NCBI GenBank assembly: GCA_964016885.1
Contig: OZ024740.1
Coordinates: 108,128,001 to 108,192,000, forward strand
Source of the DNA: Eledone cirrhosa
Taxonomy: Eukaryota
Reading direction: 5' to 3'
DNA: 64,000 nucleotides
The position numbers were made by a program, and so were the translations under genes. Numbering within the stretch: the stretch's first letter is position 1; the number at the start of each line of letters is the position of its first letter. This document shows, piece after piece, positions 1 to 12,617 of this stretch. The notes beneath the pieces were generated by a model. It was not told where the DNA came from, did not search any database, and saw nothing but the letters and a program-made list of their open reading frames with translations.

Positions 1-1129
1 ATTCAATCACTGAAACAATTTCATAATTCAAACAAATATATGTATTTGTGGACCTTTTCAACCTACATTAACATGAAAAAATAGATAAAAACTATGAAGA
101 TCTGACACAATTTTTATCTAAAATATGATGATGGTGATGCTGCTGATGATGATGATGACCATAATGATAAAACTACTAAAGGTTCTTACAAATGCCTGAT
201 TAATGAATAGATGACTTGATGGGTATATATACATACATCTATCTATATAAACATACAATACATATATATACACATACATATATACTCATAATATATATAC
301 ATACATACAAACACACCTATAGTCTGTAGTTGTAGCAGCAAAGGAATAGTCACATGACCTTTACAATAACAGGAATATCTTACGAAAAATCTGGATTAGT
401 GCCCTAAACAAACTCAATCCAGATTGACATACTATTTCATATTAGGTTCTAATATTAGGCAGTTGCTCCAAAACTGAGAAAGAACAGAGGATAGCATAGA
501 CAGATTTATTCATATTCTTACAACAATGTTTCAGTGGCATATGTATTCACTAAACTTTATCAGAAGATGATGCCTTAATAAATGCATAGTTTACTGAAAC
601 ACTGTAGCCATATTGCAAAAATATGATATATAAATGTATCTATATATAATAGGGTTGGGAGGCCCCCTTCAGATGTGTCAATCACAACAGCCTCCCTAAT
701 GCTGGTGCCATAAAATGTACTCGGTAGAGTGTGAAACCATATGTAAATGAGGAATGCGAGCACCCAGTCTGGGATGTCAGCAGATGCGCTTCAGTACTAA
801 CTCATCTATTAAGACCCGTTCAATCCTTTCTAACAGGGAAAGGGGACATTAAATGATGATTACTATTGTAATGTAAAATTTGTTGATACTTGCCAATTTG
901 GTGAGCTGTGTCTATATCTTAAAGAATAAGTTGATGCTAAATATTTAATGTAGTGAGCCAAGAAATGTTAATGGATGCTATTCCCCTCCCCTATTCATTC
1001 TTTCAAAAAATAAGATTGCAACTACACCTCCTCATGCAGAAAGTTTGAGAATAACCAACAAATATTCCCTACCTAACCTTTATTATTTATCCAACTTATA
1101 AATGTATGTAAATGTTATATACTGTTACT

Positions 1130-1590
1130 TTAAAAATAGAGTAAAGTAAATTTGAAGAAACATTATTTCAATACCAGACATATCATTTTTCACGATTTAA
1201 AAATACATTATTTCAACGAGATAAAAACGATATAAAGGACATAACGTTATATACTGCTGCTTCTTATTAATATAATTTCCTATTTATATATTTCTAAAGA
1301 AATGTTATTTCAATACTTATGTTCCTTGATTAAAGAGATTTAAAGAAAAGTTATTTCAATACCAGATATATCATTATCCAGTATTTAAAGAATCATTATT
1401 TCAAAACAAAACAGGTTATTACTCACTGTCTCTTTGAAAGTAGAGTGAAATAATTTAAAGAAACGTTATTTCAATACTGAACACAACATTATCTAATGTT
1501 CCTTTGAAAATAGAGAAAAGTGATTTGAAGAAATGTTATGTTAATATCGGACATACTGTTATCCAGGATTTGAAAAAATATTATCTCGAA
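1130..1590. repeat. Degenerate AT-rich tandem repeat
   Basis: AAGAAA(T/C)GTTATTTCAATAC-like motif recurring about 8 times at 50-110 bp spacing. Confidence 0.6.
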
Positions 1591-3155
1591 GCTGTGGTGT
1601 TTGTGTAAAGAGACTACTTTGATGTCTGGCAGCAACATCCTGAGGGATGGATGGATAAACCAGTTCATACCCGACTCTTACTTTTGGCACTGGGACGTTT
1701 TTCAATGACACCCCAAAAACTGCTTATGGTAGCAGGCTAAAATTAGTGAGGGACTGGATGCTTGGAGAGGAGATGGGCACCACCAAACATTTCTAAGTCT
1801 CATTGAAAAGCCATGATAGACAAACAGTAAAATGACTAGAGTGGCACCCCAACAACTGGCTGTATCAATTATGTGAAGTTGATTGATTTGATTTGAACTA
1901 TGGCTTAGGTAATTTAATAATTAAGGCATTATCAGTATCTAGAATAGAAGAACTAATCAATATGTTAATATCATAGTAGTACTAACTACACTAATAGCCA
2001 GTGTTATCTTGTATGGGGTTTTCCAAGGCTGGTTTATTTCATTTTTTTAAATAAATATTTTGATCTGTATAATCCAACCCATGCCAGCACGTTAAATGCT
2101 GCTGATGATTATATATGTATATATAATTATATATGTATATATATAATTTACAAACACAATCCACTAATTTTTTAAAACTTTTAATTGATCTAACCATCCT
2201 GCATCTCCCACCCACCAAACATATTTTTCTAATTCAATAACAACCGAAGAAAGAACATAAAAATATGGCAGCTGAAGATAATTGTAGGATATATAAATCA
2301 AACTGTCACATAAATACTCAATAAAAGATATGTTTAGTAATGAAAGTTTGTCCCAATGTCCCAAGTCTAGAGGCAAATTAGACCGGAGTTTACACCAGTT
2401 TCATAGAGTCCACACTATCGACTAATTCCAATGAGGAGTCAAGCAAAAGAATAAAACACAGCTTTTTAATTATAAATTTCAGTATATTTATATTAGGTGA
2501 TATTTGACAATCTGTCAAATAATAAAACAGCTGAAGTGTCAGAAATACATTCTAACAGACAAATAATTTAAACTAGAAGTTGGCATCCAATATTAAGGCC
2601 CCTAACAGACCATCCATATTAAGGCCACTAAGGAGATATTGTTTCATGTTGAAATTCATAAATAATGGAAGGTATATGTAAAATAAAAATATGCATGTAT
2701 ATACACACACACATATATATATGCATATATATATATGTACATATATATATAAATATACATATATATACACATATATATATATATATATATAAATGACTTC
2801 ATTCACTAGTGAGATTTCTAAAATCATAATCTTAAATTATCAAGTGGAAATTACCAGTAATTTTTTTTCAGAAATGGTTGTGAAGATTCACACCAAATTT
2901 TTATATAAATAACCCCAAGTAGCAAAAATAATCTTAAAAAAAAATGTATGATAAATAAAGATAAATGGCTTCATTAAATTGCTGATTGCTTTACGATATG
3001 ATTGTAGCTTTGTATGAGGTATTATTGAGTAATGGATGGAGTGGGGTTGGGGAAACTGGTCATTTTTACTTGATTAATGTAGACTATAGAGACAACATAG
3101 GTTAGTTTTTCTTGAAGAATCATATAATTCCGGCCTTAGATGATTGAATCAAAGT

Positions 3156-3186
3156 TGGTTTGGTTTGGTTTGGTTTGGTTTGGTTT
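3156..3186. repeat. (GGTTT)n microsatellite in the zinc-finger 3'UTR
   Basis: About 6 perfect pentamer units. Confidence 0.9.
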
Positions 3187-3419
3187 TAAAATCAAAACCT
3201 CTGGCCATTTTTTTTAGTGGAGATTTTGAAGCAAAAAAAAATGAAACATAGACATACGATATACATGGAATGAACAAAAACAAAAAAAATTACTCCAGAT
3301 AAACAACAACAAAAAAGGTTCTTTGGCAGGTAAGAATCGGAGGAGCAAGCTAGTTTGGTTCTGTTCTCTCCTGAAGTATTCTTTTTTGTCATGTACCTCC
3401 ATAGTATTAATATTGAGAA

Positions 3420-5771
3420 TTAGAACCATAACAGGGATAAGTCTGGCTTGATGTCTGCTTGGTCAAAGGTATGATAAGGGAACGGCTGGGACTGGGTTTC
3501 ACTGGAGGGGCAGAAAAAGGGTTCAGGCTTCATATACATTCCAGAACCAGCAGAAACACCTGTGCCACTGTTGGTGATTCCAACACTGTTAGCACCAGCA
3601 GGGTCATAGAAACTAGACTCCAGTGATGGTTGGTTGGCATTAAAACATGACGAGAAGTCTGATTTGGCATATGTATCACCTTGACCAAAATGTGTCAAAG
3701 CTTGGTGATAGTGGTCATGAATAGAAGAGAGGTTAGGTTTAATATCTACTATTTCAGGATTGTTGGAAGTTCTTGACGATAGCAAACAAGACTTTTGAGA
3801 AGAATTTTGTGTACTGAAAAAGCCATTAAACTGCATAAATGACTGGTCTCCATTATTATCACATTCAAAGAGGTTAGTATCAGGGAGGGATTGTAGAAAG
3901 CCAAAGAATGAATTTGAGCCTATTGGATCAGTCTTTATATCCAGTGTATTAGGAGGGAAAGATTTCATGTATCCAAATTGTTTGTCTGTGTTGTGATTTC
4001 TTATATTACTGAAATACGAATTGGGTTGGATGTTTGGCTCAAGAGATGGACAGATGGATAGGTTTGGTTTGACATCAAGTTCATGTTGATTATTATAGTT
4101 CGTAGATGAAGGTAGACATGGCTTTGTATCAGTCTGATTAGCAAACCCACGGCCATCTTTACACGACACGTCACACTGTTTACATCCATACATTTGATCT
4201 TTGGTGTGTAGCTTGTTGTTTCCATTGTATGAACAAGACTGGTTTTTGGTGCTATTATTTGAAGAAATATTTTGAGAAGACTTTTTAAAATTTTCATTTT
4301 GTCCATTAAAAGCACTTGTCATACCAGGAGAGGCTTTTTCATCTTTTATGTGATTTGAAGTTTTACAATTTTCACATCCATATTTCAACTCTCCATTGTG
4401 TGTTTTACCATTGATTAATGCACAAGAGCTATGGACATGATCATTACTAGAATTGGACGTTACATCAGGTTTAATGTAAACCTGATGATTATTTAAACTG
4501 GGAGACTTGGATTCAGTTAAACCATTTGTGTGACTGGAATTTTTGCAGCGTTCACAATCAAATGTCTGTTGAGAAGAGAGAGGTGGATGGTTGATGTAAG
4601 TGCAAGATTGATTCCGGTTGATGTCAGAAGTAGAACACACAGACATAGCTGGGATGTTGGTGACATTTGTCAAACTGTTATAAGAGTTTGAAAAAGGGAT
4701 GCAATAATTATCACCATTTAGATGGCACATGTGTATTACAGACTTCTCACAGAGCCCACACTGAGCAGACTTCTCTGTTGTATGTCCATGGAGGCCTGCA
4801 TTCATATAAACAAGGTTTTGATTGTCACATGCTGACGACGATGACACAAAGGTGTCAATACCCTCTAGCGATCTTTGAAAGTGCCGTTGTAGTTGACATG
4901 TTCGGGCAAGAGATTTGTCAAAATTGTTGCAATCAAACGTTTTGTTTTCGTTTTGCAGCAACAGCTGTGTGTAATGTCCTGATGATGTTGGTATATTACA
5001 ATGAAGGTTACTATGATGATTAGCAACTGATACAGGAATTTCTGGTTTAATCTCCACACTTTGGTTTGCAGTTATACCACATGACTTATCAGTTGACTGG
5101 TTGCCAAGGTAACCATTCAGCTTACTCCCATTGCTACACTGATCATAGCTCATTGGTAAATTTCCCGAAGAGACACGTTTACAGCAGAGACTGCCATTCG
5201 AAGATTGATAAGACGGATGTTGATGGTAGTTGTTACTGCAACAGGACGGTTTAGAGAAGTCATCAACAGTTTCTGTTTTGCAAAGGGCCGGGAAGAGAGA
5301 GTTATCAGCATCACGAAGGTGATGATGCTGAGTTTTTATGTGACAATTTATATCCTGGGATTGGTTGAATGATTTACTGCACCCACTGCACTCCATGCCA
5401 CTGTTGTGGATATTATTACATGTGTCGCCATTGGGCACAGTTGAATGTGTTCGCATATGGACGGTCAGATTACCCGAACGAGAGAAGGTCTTACGACAAT
5501 GACAGCACTCAAATTTCTTCTCTCCCGTGTGAGTGCGCACATGTACACGCAAGCTGTCAGAGCGAGAGAAAGTTTTTTTGCAGAATTTACAACAGAAAGG
5601 TCTCTCACCGGTGTGAATACGCGTGTGCACAGTGAGAGTGCTGGAGTCGGAGAATCTTTTCTTACAATAGCTGCACTCATACGGCTTTTCTCGAGTATGA
5701 GTGCGAATGTGACGTGTTAGGTGTCCAGAATGATTGAAAGTTTTCTTGCAGTATTTACATTCAGTCATCAT
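3420..5771 (-). CDS. C2H2 zinc-finger transcription factor, 783 aa, single coding exon
   Basis: Uninterrupted ORF. Four canonical N-terminal C2H2 fingers with TREKP/TGERP/TGEKK linkers, a fifth finger (CSGC...HIKTQH), then a Ser/Asn-rich tail with relic CxxC fingers. In-frame TAA at 5781-5783 upstream of the ATG supports this start. Confidence 0.93.
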   Translation of the reverse strand: MMTECKYCKKTFNHSGHLTRHIRTHTREKPYECSYCKKRFSDSSTLTVHTRIHTGERPFCCKFCKKTFSRSDSLRVHVRTHTGEKKFECCHCRKTFSRSGNLTVHMRTHSTVPNGDTCNNIHNSGMECSGCSKSFNQSQDINCHIKTQHHHLRDADNSLFPALCKTETVDDFSKPSCCSNNYHQHPSYQSSNGSLCCKRVSSGNLPMSYDQCSNGSKLNGYLGNQSTDKSCGITANQSVEIKPEIPVSVANHHSNLHCNIPTSSGHYTQLLLQNENKTFDCNNFDKSLARTCQLQRHFQRSLEGIDTFVSSSSACDNQNLVYMNAGLHGHTTEKSAQCGLCEKSVIHMCHLNGDNYCIPFSNSYNSLTNVTNIPAMSVCSTSDINRNQSCTYINHPPLSSQQTFDCERCKNSSHTNGLTESKSPSLNNHQVYIKPDVTSNSSNDHVHSSCALINGKTHNGELKYGCENCKTSNHIKDEKASPGMTSAFNGQNENFKKSSQNISSNNSTKNQSCSYNGNNKLHTKDQMYGCKQCDVSCKDGRGFANQTDTKPCLPSSTNYNNQHELDVKPNLSICPSLEPNIQPNSYFSNIRNHNTDKQFGYMKSFPPNTLDIKTDPIGSNSFFGFLQSLPDTNLFECDNNGDQSFMQFNGFFSTQNSSQKSCLLSSRTSNNPEIVDIKPNLSSIHDHYHQALTHFGQGDTYAKSDFSSCFNANQPSLESSFYDPAGANSVGITNSGTGVSAGSGMYMKPEPFFCPSSETQSQPFPYHTFDQADIKPDLSLLWF

Positions 5772-6303
5772 CTTTAACAGTTACTCTCAGGGCAAGCAAT
5801 AAAACTGTTGCAGTGATTTGGTTGTTGATGAAGATGAAGTGGATGGGAAACCACTTGAAAATATAGAGATGAGCAGCATGAGTAAGCAGTCTCACATTTG
5901 GGGGGAAAACATGAAGAATGTGTGATAAGAGGATTTTCAATGAAAGGAATAAATAAATAAATAAATATATGCCACCAGTTGCAGCTCATTAAGAAACAGT
6001 TCTCCTTATGCAGCAGTGATGTGTAGACAGACATATAAAAACAGAAATAATATGGAATGTGTTAAAGAAGGCAAACTTTGCCAAGTTTGGGAATAGATAC
6101 CAGCAGTTAGTTAATATTGGAAGTACTTCTGAAAACCATAATCTGGATGAAACATGATGCATATTAGCTGCGACATCATACCACCTGAATGACAAGATGG
6201 CAAATCCCAGAGTATGAATGTCTTCTTTCATGAAGTTAGTAAAAACATTTTTCAATCTCTTGGAGAAACCACTGAGCTATGATGCAACATCTTACAAAGC
6301 CAC
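5772..6303 (-). other. 5'UTR part of the zinc-finger coding exon, containing uORFs
   Basis: Minus-strand acceptor TTTCTATTTGTAG|GTGG with the exon starting at 6303; non-repetitive sequence down to the ATG; ORFs 5774-6034 and 5989-6255 lie within it. Confidence 0.55.
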
Positions 6304-6486
6304 CTACAAATAGAAATTCAATCAATGGAATTAGTAAATTCAACAAAATGTTACATAGAAGATTATTTTAAACAATTCTATAAATTAATTACAAATTCTT
6401 TACAATATCTACTTAATCTATCTCCAGTTCAAGCTGGTATACTGATTTATAAAATATAATTTATTGAGTTAGTTAATATGAGTAAA

Positions 6487-6710
6487 AGCATGGCTGTGTG
6501 GTTAAAAGATTTGTTTCACAACCATGTGGTTTCAAGTTAGTTAATATGGATACAGGCATCGTTGTGTGAATAAAGTTTGCTTTACAACCAAGTAGTTTCC
6601 AGTTAGATCCCAATCACTGTATCTTGTATTGTGTCTTCTACAATAACTGTGAGCTGACAAATGTCTTACAAGTGATTTTGATAGGTGGAAACTGTACAAA
6701 AGCCCATTAT
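6487..6710 (+). mobile_element. tRNA-derived SINE with duplicated head
   Basis: GCATGGCTGTGTGGTTAA A-box-like head occurs twice, followed by a core-like body ending AAGCCC and (TA)n. Confidence 0.6.
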
Positions 6711-6796
6711 ATATATATGTTTTAATGGGGGAAGGACTGTCTCTGTATCTTCCTATTAAAATTGTTTAAGCAAGCAACAATGTTTGTTTATGTCCA

Positions 6797-7030
6797 AATA
6801 AAATGTCCCACGGCTTGGTACAAACATTAAATATCTGTCTTCCCTGCTAGATGTCATAATAAAATGTCCCACAGCTTGGACCAATCATTAAATGTCAGTC
6901 TTCCCTGCTAGATGTCAATAAAATGTCCACAGCTTGGACCAATCATTAAATGTCAGTCTTCCCTGCTAGATGTCACAATAAAATGTCCCACAGCTTGGTC
7001 CAATCATTAATGGTCTGTCTTCCCTTCTAG
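6797..7030. repeat. ~59-bp minisatellite, 4 units
   Basis: AATAAAATGTCCCACAGCTTGGACCAATCATTAAATGTCAGTCTTCCCTGCTAGATGTC repeated. Confidence 0.9.
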
Positions 7031-8118
7031 CAAGAGTTAGACAGGTCTTCACAGACTGAGTTAACACAGAAGCAGAACTACAGACCTCTCAGTGAAGAAT
7101 AAATATTAACCTTAAAAATATAGTATGGAGTGGTGTCAGAAAGAGCATCCATAGAGGACTACCTCAAAAAGACTTGTCCATTTGTATAAAAGCATATGTG
7201 TAAGTGTACACGTCAGCATACATGTATGTATGTGTGTGTATATATACTAGTATGTGCATGCAATCAAAGGGCAAAGGAGCTCTTGAGAGTCAATGGCCAT
7301 CCAAAATCACCGGGAGAGATGTCCCCTTAGCCTTTGTCAAGGCAGAATTCTAGGAGAAGGAAAACTCTGATATAACACCTGCAACCCTGATGGTATCCAA
7401 TGATGTTGACTTGTTCTTCTTTTTGGTAAATATCATCTTGGTTAAGAGAGTGGGACTGGCTTTGTGCAGTGCCTTTGCTCACTATAAAAGCTTCACGGTA
7501 CAGGCATTGCTTTATATCTGGAGATCTCTCTGCACTTATCGTCACATGGTACCATGGGCCCAGCACTGTGTGTCAATCATTGTCACAGGTGTAGTGTTTG
7601 TACTAGAGTTTTCAAGTCGCTGGCTGGACTGAAAAGTCACACTCGTTCAGCGCATCGCTAGGGGTTCTCCTACATGGATATAAAGTAGTGGCCGTACTCG
7701 AAAACGAGTTGGCAGCCACCATGTGCATGCACATGTGTGCTATGATAATTGCACTAAAACACATCCTAAGATTCAGGAATATTCTGTTTTCAGTTTAATA
7801 ATGTGTATAAAATAAGCCGTTTTCTTCTTCAAGTGGCAGTGTGTGTAAAAAGGGTTGTATTTAATTCTTGAACTGGTAGTGTCTACGAAAGTATGTTCTG
7901 TTGACAATAATCTGGGTTCTGTAGGATAGCAATGTATGAGAAAAAAAAATGAGCTATCACTAATTAGATACACATCTTGATATAGATACACTAATAAAGA
8001 CAAATAAATGACTGAGATGTTTAACTTAATGTAAGCTGCTTCAATAAAAAGATATATTCACTATGAAACATAGTCCAACAAGTAGAGCATATAAGCTTCT
8101 AGTGAGAAAGTTAACAGT

Positions 8119-8386
8119 ATCATCATCATCATCAACGTTTAACGTCCGTGTTCCACGCTTGCATGGGTTTGGACGGGGGTTTTCCCACTTGAGGCAAGAG
8201 TGATTGTCTTGCTCGCATAGGACTATCTGGCGGGTTTTCTACAGCTGGATGCCCTTCCTAACACCAACCACATTTACAGTGTGGGGCTGGGAGGTTTTTA
8301 CCGTGTTGCCTACATGGCCACATTACAGCGTGGACTGTCTGGCAGGTTTTCTACAGCTGGATGCCCTTCCTAACACCAACCACATT
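8119..8386 (-). mobile_element. RTE-LINE 3'UTR fragment with (GAT)n tail
   Basis: Reverse complement closely matches 57350-57572 and 63870-64000; carries an internal duplication. Confidence 0.85.
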
Positions 8387-10655
8387 ATGGGAATCAAACT
8401 TACACCTGAAATGATGTTATAATCAAATTACAATACAAAATAGTCTACCTTTTACATGAGATACTTACTACAAGTTCATCTCTAACTCCATTGATTAATC
8501 AATATATATCATACAACCAGCATGAAATTTAACTTATTTTAGGCATTTCCATATTTTTGTGGATCAAAAGTTGAACAACTCTTACTAACAAACATATAGC
8601 TGCCATCACTGTATCACTTCCATAACTCCCTCCTCTACTAACATTTTTGTTACCATCCCTGTCTTACTTCCATAACTCCTTCCTCTACCACCCTTTCACA
8701 TTTGTATTTAAATCCATTTTGATATCAACAATCCAAAAATATATTTTTATGTTAACTTTTCTAATACCAACCCATCTGAAACTGCCTCAGGTTCTATGAT
8801 TCTAAATTGTTTGTTTTAAAACCTTCCATCATAATTTTATGTAAGAACTTTTATTAAGTTATGTTCCAAACACCAGCTTAATAACAAGAAAGTTATACTA
8901 AATCATATCACATTCTTGATTGTTTCCAAAATTAATTGAAAGATCATAGGCAGTGTCTTTCATTAAAAATATTGTCACAAAATAGTTAAACCTATCTTGA
9001 TATTAGCAGTCTATAAAGATCATTTTTCTGTTAAATCCATCTTGATATCAACAATCACCATAGATATTTTCATATTTTCCTGCTAAGTTCATCTTGGCAT
9101 TTCACTGATGCTCATTGTCATCAAACTGATATCTCCACTGATAAACAATTTACCATTCTATGACAGATTAGCTTTTATCTGTCATTGTTCAACATTTACA
9201 TAAATAGGTTAATAAAACTGACTATGGAGAAATATTTAATCATCAACAAATACTTTACAAATGATTTTCTCCACAAAAGTCTATTTTTATTTATGATTTC
9301 TCCATATTGTACAAAACTTAATTATCTTCTGCCAAGACAACAAGAGTCTCTGGTAACCTCTTAACATGCTAGAAATAACAACTAAATATCTCTTAAATAA
9401 TATATTGGATAATGTAGTCCTGGATACATAATCATCACCATTGTTTTATATTTGCTTTTCCATGCTGGTAGGGATGAGATGAGATATTTTTTGAAGTACT
9501 ATTCAAAGGCTCTATATAGACAGCTAATTGACAGAATCACTTGATTAATCCCTGCAATGGACTGGTGTCCTGTCCAGGGAAAGTCCTGTACACTCAGCCA
9601 CTTCATGCCATGGAAACCAGGATAACTTGATGAGCCTCTGGGCTCAAAACAGACTTTAGACTTAGGCTTGATTGATGGATTTAAATGCTCCAGTTCTGAG
9701 TAGCAATCTATAGTCAACACTGCCTATATCCTGTCACAATTATAAATAAAGTACCAGTCCAAGGTAGTGGATTGATGTAATTCCAAGTCAAAGATATAGC
9801 AAGTGGAAGTAAGTTGCAAAATTGGAGGATCAAGAAAGACCTGGGCAGAGGTGGTGTGAGCAGATCTCAAGAAGCTGAACCTAACAAAAGAGATGACAAA
9901 GAAATGAAACTAGTGGAGAGATGCTGTATTGGAGGGAGGATTTGTCAAACTCATGCAAGTATGAAAAAAAAAACTGACATAAAATGATGATTTATTTATT
10001 TTTCAGTTTCAAATTTCAAACTGTGAGAAGTTTCCTAAAATGAAAAGCAACAAAACAAAATTTAAAAAAATAAAAAAAAATTTATTTCAACTCAAATCAT
10101 ATTTTCGTAAAAACTAAAATTTTAATTCAAAAGTCAATAAAAACATGTCTTTTTTGTTTTAGTTTCAATATTAATTCATATTTCCCATCCTTTAATTTTG
10201 GTTTGAGAAGTCATGTTTTATTATTGGTACGCCTAGACATTATCTGATCAAACCAACTGCATGTATAATGTATCATGTATAAATCTATACAGTTTCATGT
10301 TAAATATGTATTGATTTCTTACATTGTCACAACACTTCAAATGTGTAGGTGTAATATAAGAGCTAGAAAATGTCATGGTTGACGTGGTTTATCCCCAGGT
10401 TAGCTCTCCACATTAAACAGACCTATGATCAAGGACTTTCCTTTGTTTAACCCTTTTATTACCATATTTTCTAATAAAAGACTGCTAATTTGAATAAATT
10501 TAGTAAAATAACTAACTTTCCCACTAACTCTTTTGATACCAAACTTTTTGAAACCGTCCCTAATTTTACAGCATAAAGCTATCTATTTTAAAGTATTTTA
10601 TTTACATAAAAAAAACCTTCCATTGTAATTTTATGTAAGAACCTTTGTTAGATTA

Positions 10656-10803
10656 CCGTATTTCCCAGCGTCGAAGATGCTACTTTTTTCCTAAAATAAG
10701 TCTCAAAAATCTACTATGCGTCCTGGAGGCCAAAGGTAGTTTATTAGTTTTTTTCAAATTTTTGGTTGTCAAAATTAGGGTGCATCCTCACCGGGAAATA
10801 CGG
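10656..10803. mobile_element. Tc1/mariner-superfamily (pogo/Tc2-like) MITE nested in a piggyBac-like MITE
   Basis: TIRs CCGTATTTCCC / GGGAAATACGG with TA on both sides. It interrupts the host repeat at TTA|TGTTCCAAACACCAG, which is intact in other copies (e.g. near 8860). Confidence 0.85.
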
Positions 10804-11084
10804 TATGTTCCAAACACCAGATAAGTAATAAGAAAGTAACTTACTTTACTAAATCCTCCAAATTCTTAATTATTTTCAAAATTATTTGAAAACCACAGCC
10901 TGTGTCTTTCATTTGAAACATAGTAATGAAAGGGTCAAGTTGGTTTTGGAACATAACAATGGTTCTTACATAAAATTATGATGGAAGGTATTTAGATATA
11001 AACAGCTTAGTAACATAGAATCAGAGGTGGTTTAGTATCAAAAAGGGTTAAGATATAATGTATCCAGGGCTACATATGTTGCTT

Positions 11085-11400
11085 ATAAGGTGGTAGTGCT
11101 GATGCCATAACAAAAAGCACCCAGTCTACTTTGTAAGGTGGTAGTGCTGATGCCATGACAAAAACTACCCAGTCCACTTTGTAAGGTGGTAGTGCTAGTG
11201 TCGTGACAAAAATCTCCCAGTACATGTTGCAAGTTGGTTAATGTTAGGAAGAGCATCCATCCACAGAAACCAAGCCCAAAACAGATTGTATAATTAAGTC
11301 ATGGTCACCTGACTGGTCTAGCTCAGAACATGATAACCAGTCTAACCCATGCAAGTATGAAAAATAAATGTTAAACAGTGATGATGATGATCATGATGAT
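11085..11400 (+). mobile_element. SINE/RTE 3' tail with three ~47-bp tandem subrepeats
   Basis: GTAAGGTGGTAGTGCTGATGCCA...CCCAGT three times, then TTAGGAAGAGCATCC...AACCCATGC and (GAT)n. Confidence 0.7.
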
Positions 11401-12142
11401 ATCAGTACAGCCACTGTGTCTGCACACATTCACCAATACTTTTAATACACAACTGCTCTACCATTCCACTTACAAGTTGACATTTCATATGTAACTCAAT
11501 TCCTGGTTCTTTCAACCTCTACACTGAACCCCAATGCTCACTAGATTATCAGGATTTCACTCCTAGTACATGTTTCAAAGAATCAACCTTTTGCATGGAG
11601 AAACAGAACCACGTTGCCAACTTAGGTAACATCTCCCTAAAATAGTTAATTTCTCTAGCTAATATATTTTCATTGCAACCACTTCCAGCACTAATTATGT
11701 TACCTAGATCAGGTGTCAACAAACTTTGTATGAGGTGGACTGGAAATGTTTTTTATGTCTTACAAGTCAAGGAAAATAAAAAATGAAATGACAATCATAC
11801 AAGCTTCTATTTTTTTTAATTATTTTAATGTTTTTGCATTGTAAGTGTTTAATACAGAATAAAATTAATGTTTTGTTTACCAGTGATATAAAGAGCAATA
11901 AAAAAAGAAGGTATTTCTTAAAACTATAATTTGATTACGTTAATAAAAATATTTCTTTCACTAAACCACAGGAGGCTGAAAATCTCAACAGAGTAATGCA
12001 TATGAACAAATTAGAACAGTGAAAATAACAGAGATTGAGAAGGAAAACAAAGAGTTCTTGCATGTTACATGACATATTCAATGCAGGTTGTGAACCAGAT
12101 TTGGCTCATGTGTCCTAGTTTGCTGACACCTGACATAGATTG

Positions 12143-12617
12143 TTACTACATTAAACTGACTAATTGAGTGGTTCCTCTACTACAAGTTACTACATCTATT
12201 AAACTGAGTAGTTGAGTGGTTCCTCTACTACAAATTACTACATCTATTAAACTGACTAATTGAGTGGTTCCTCTACTACTAGTTACTACATCTATTAAAC
12301 TGAGTAGTTGAGTGGTTCCTCTACTACAAGTTACTACATCTATTAAACTGACTAATTGAGTGGTTCCTCTACTACAAATTACTACATCTATTAAACTGAG
12401 TAGTTGAGTGGTTCCTCTAATACTAGTTACTACATCTATTAAACTGACTAATTGAGTGGTTCCTCTACTACAAGTTACTACATCTATTAAACTGAGTAGT
12501 TGAGTGGTTCCTCTACTACAAGTTACTATATCTATATAACTATCTGAGTAGTTCAGTGATTCCTCAGCTCACAGCTGTTTACTACATCAATTAGACTGAA
12601 TAGTTGAGTGGTTCCTA
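12143..12617. repeat. 48-bp minisatellite, about 10 units
   Basis: Unit TTACTACATCTATTAAACTGA(CTAA/GTAG)TTGAGTGGTTCCTCTACTAC(AAG/AAA/TAG); 8 near-perfect and 2 degenerate units. Confidence 0.95.

Noticed and set aside
12143-12617. CRISPR-like regular repeat
   Set aside because: No unique spacers, eukaryotic context, no cas genes; it is a minisatellite.
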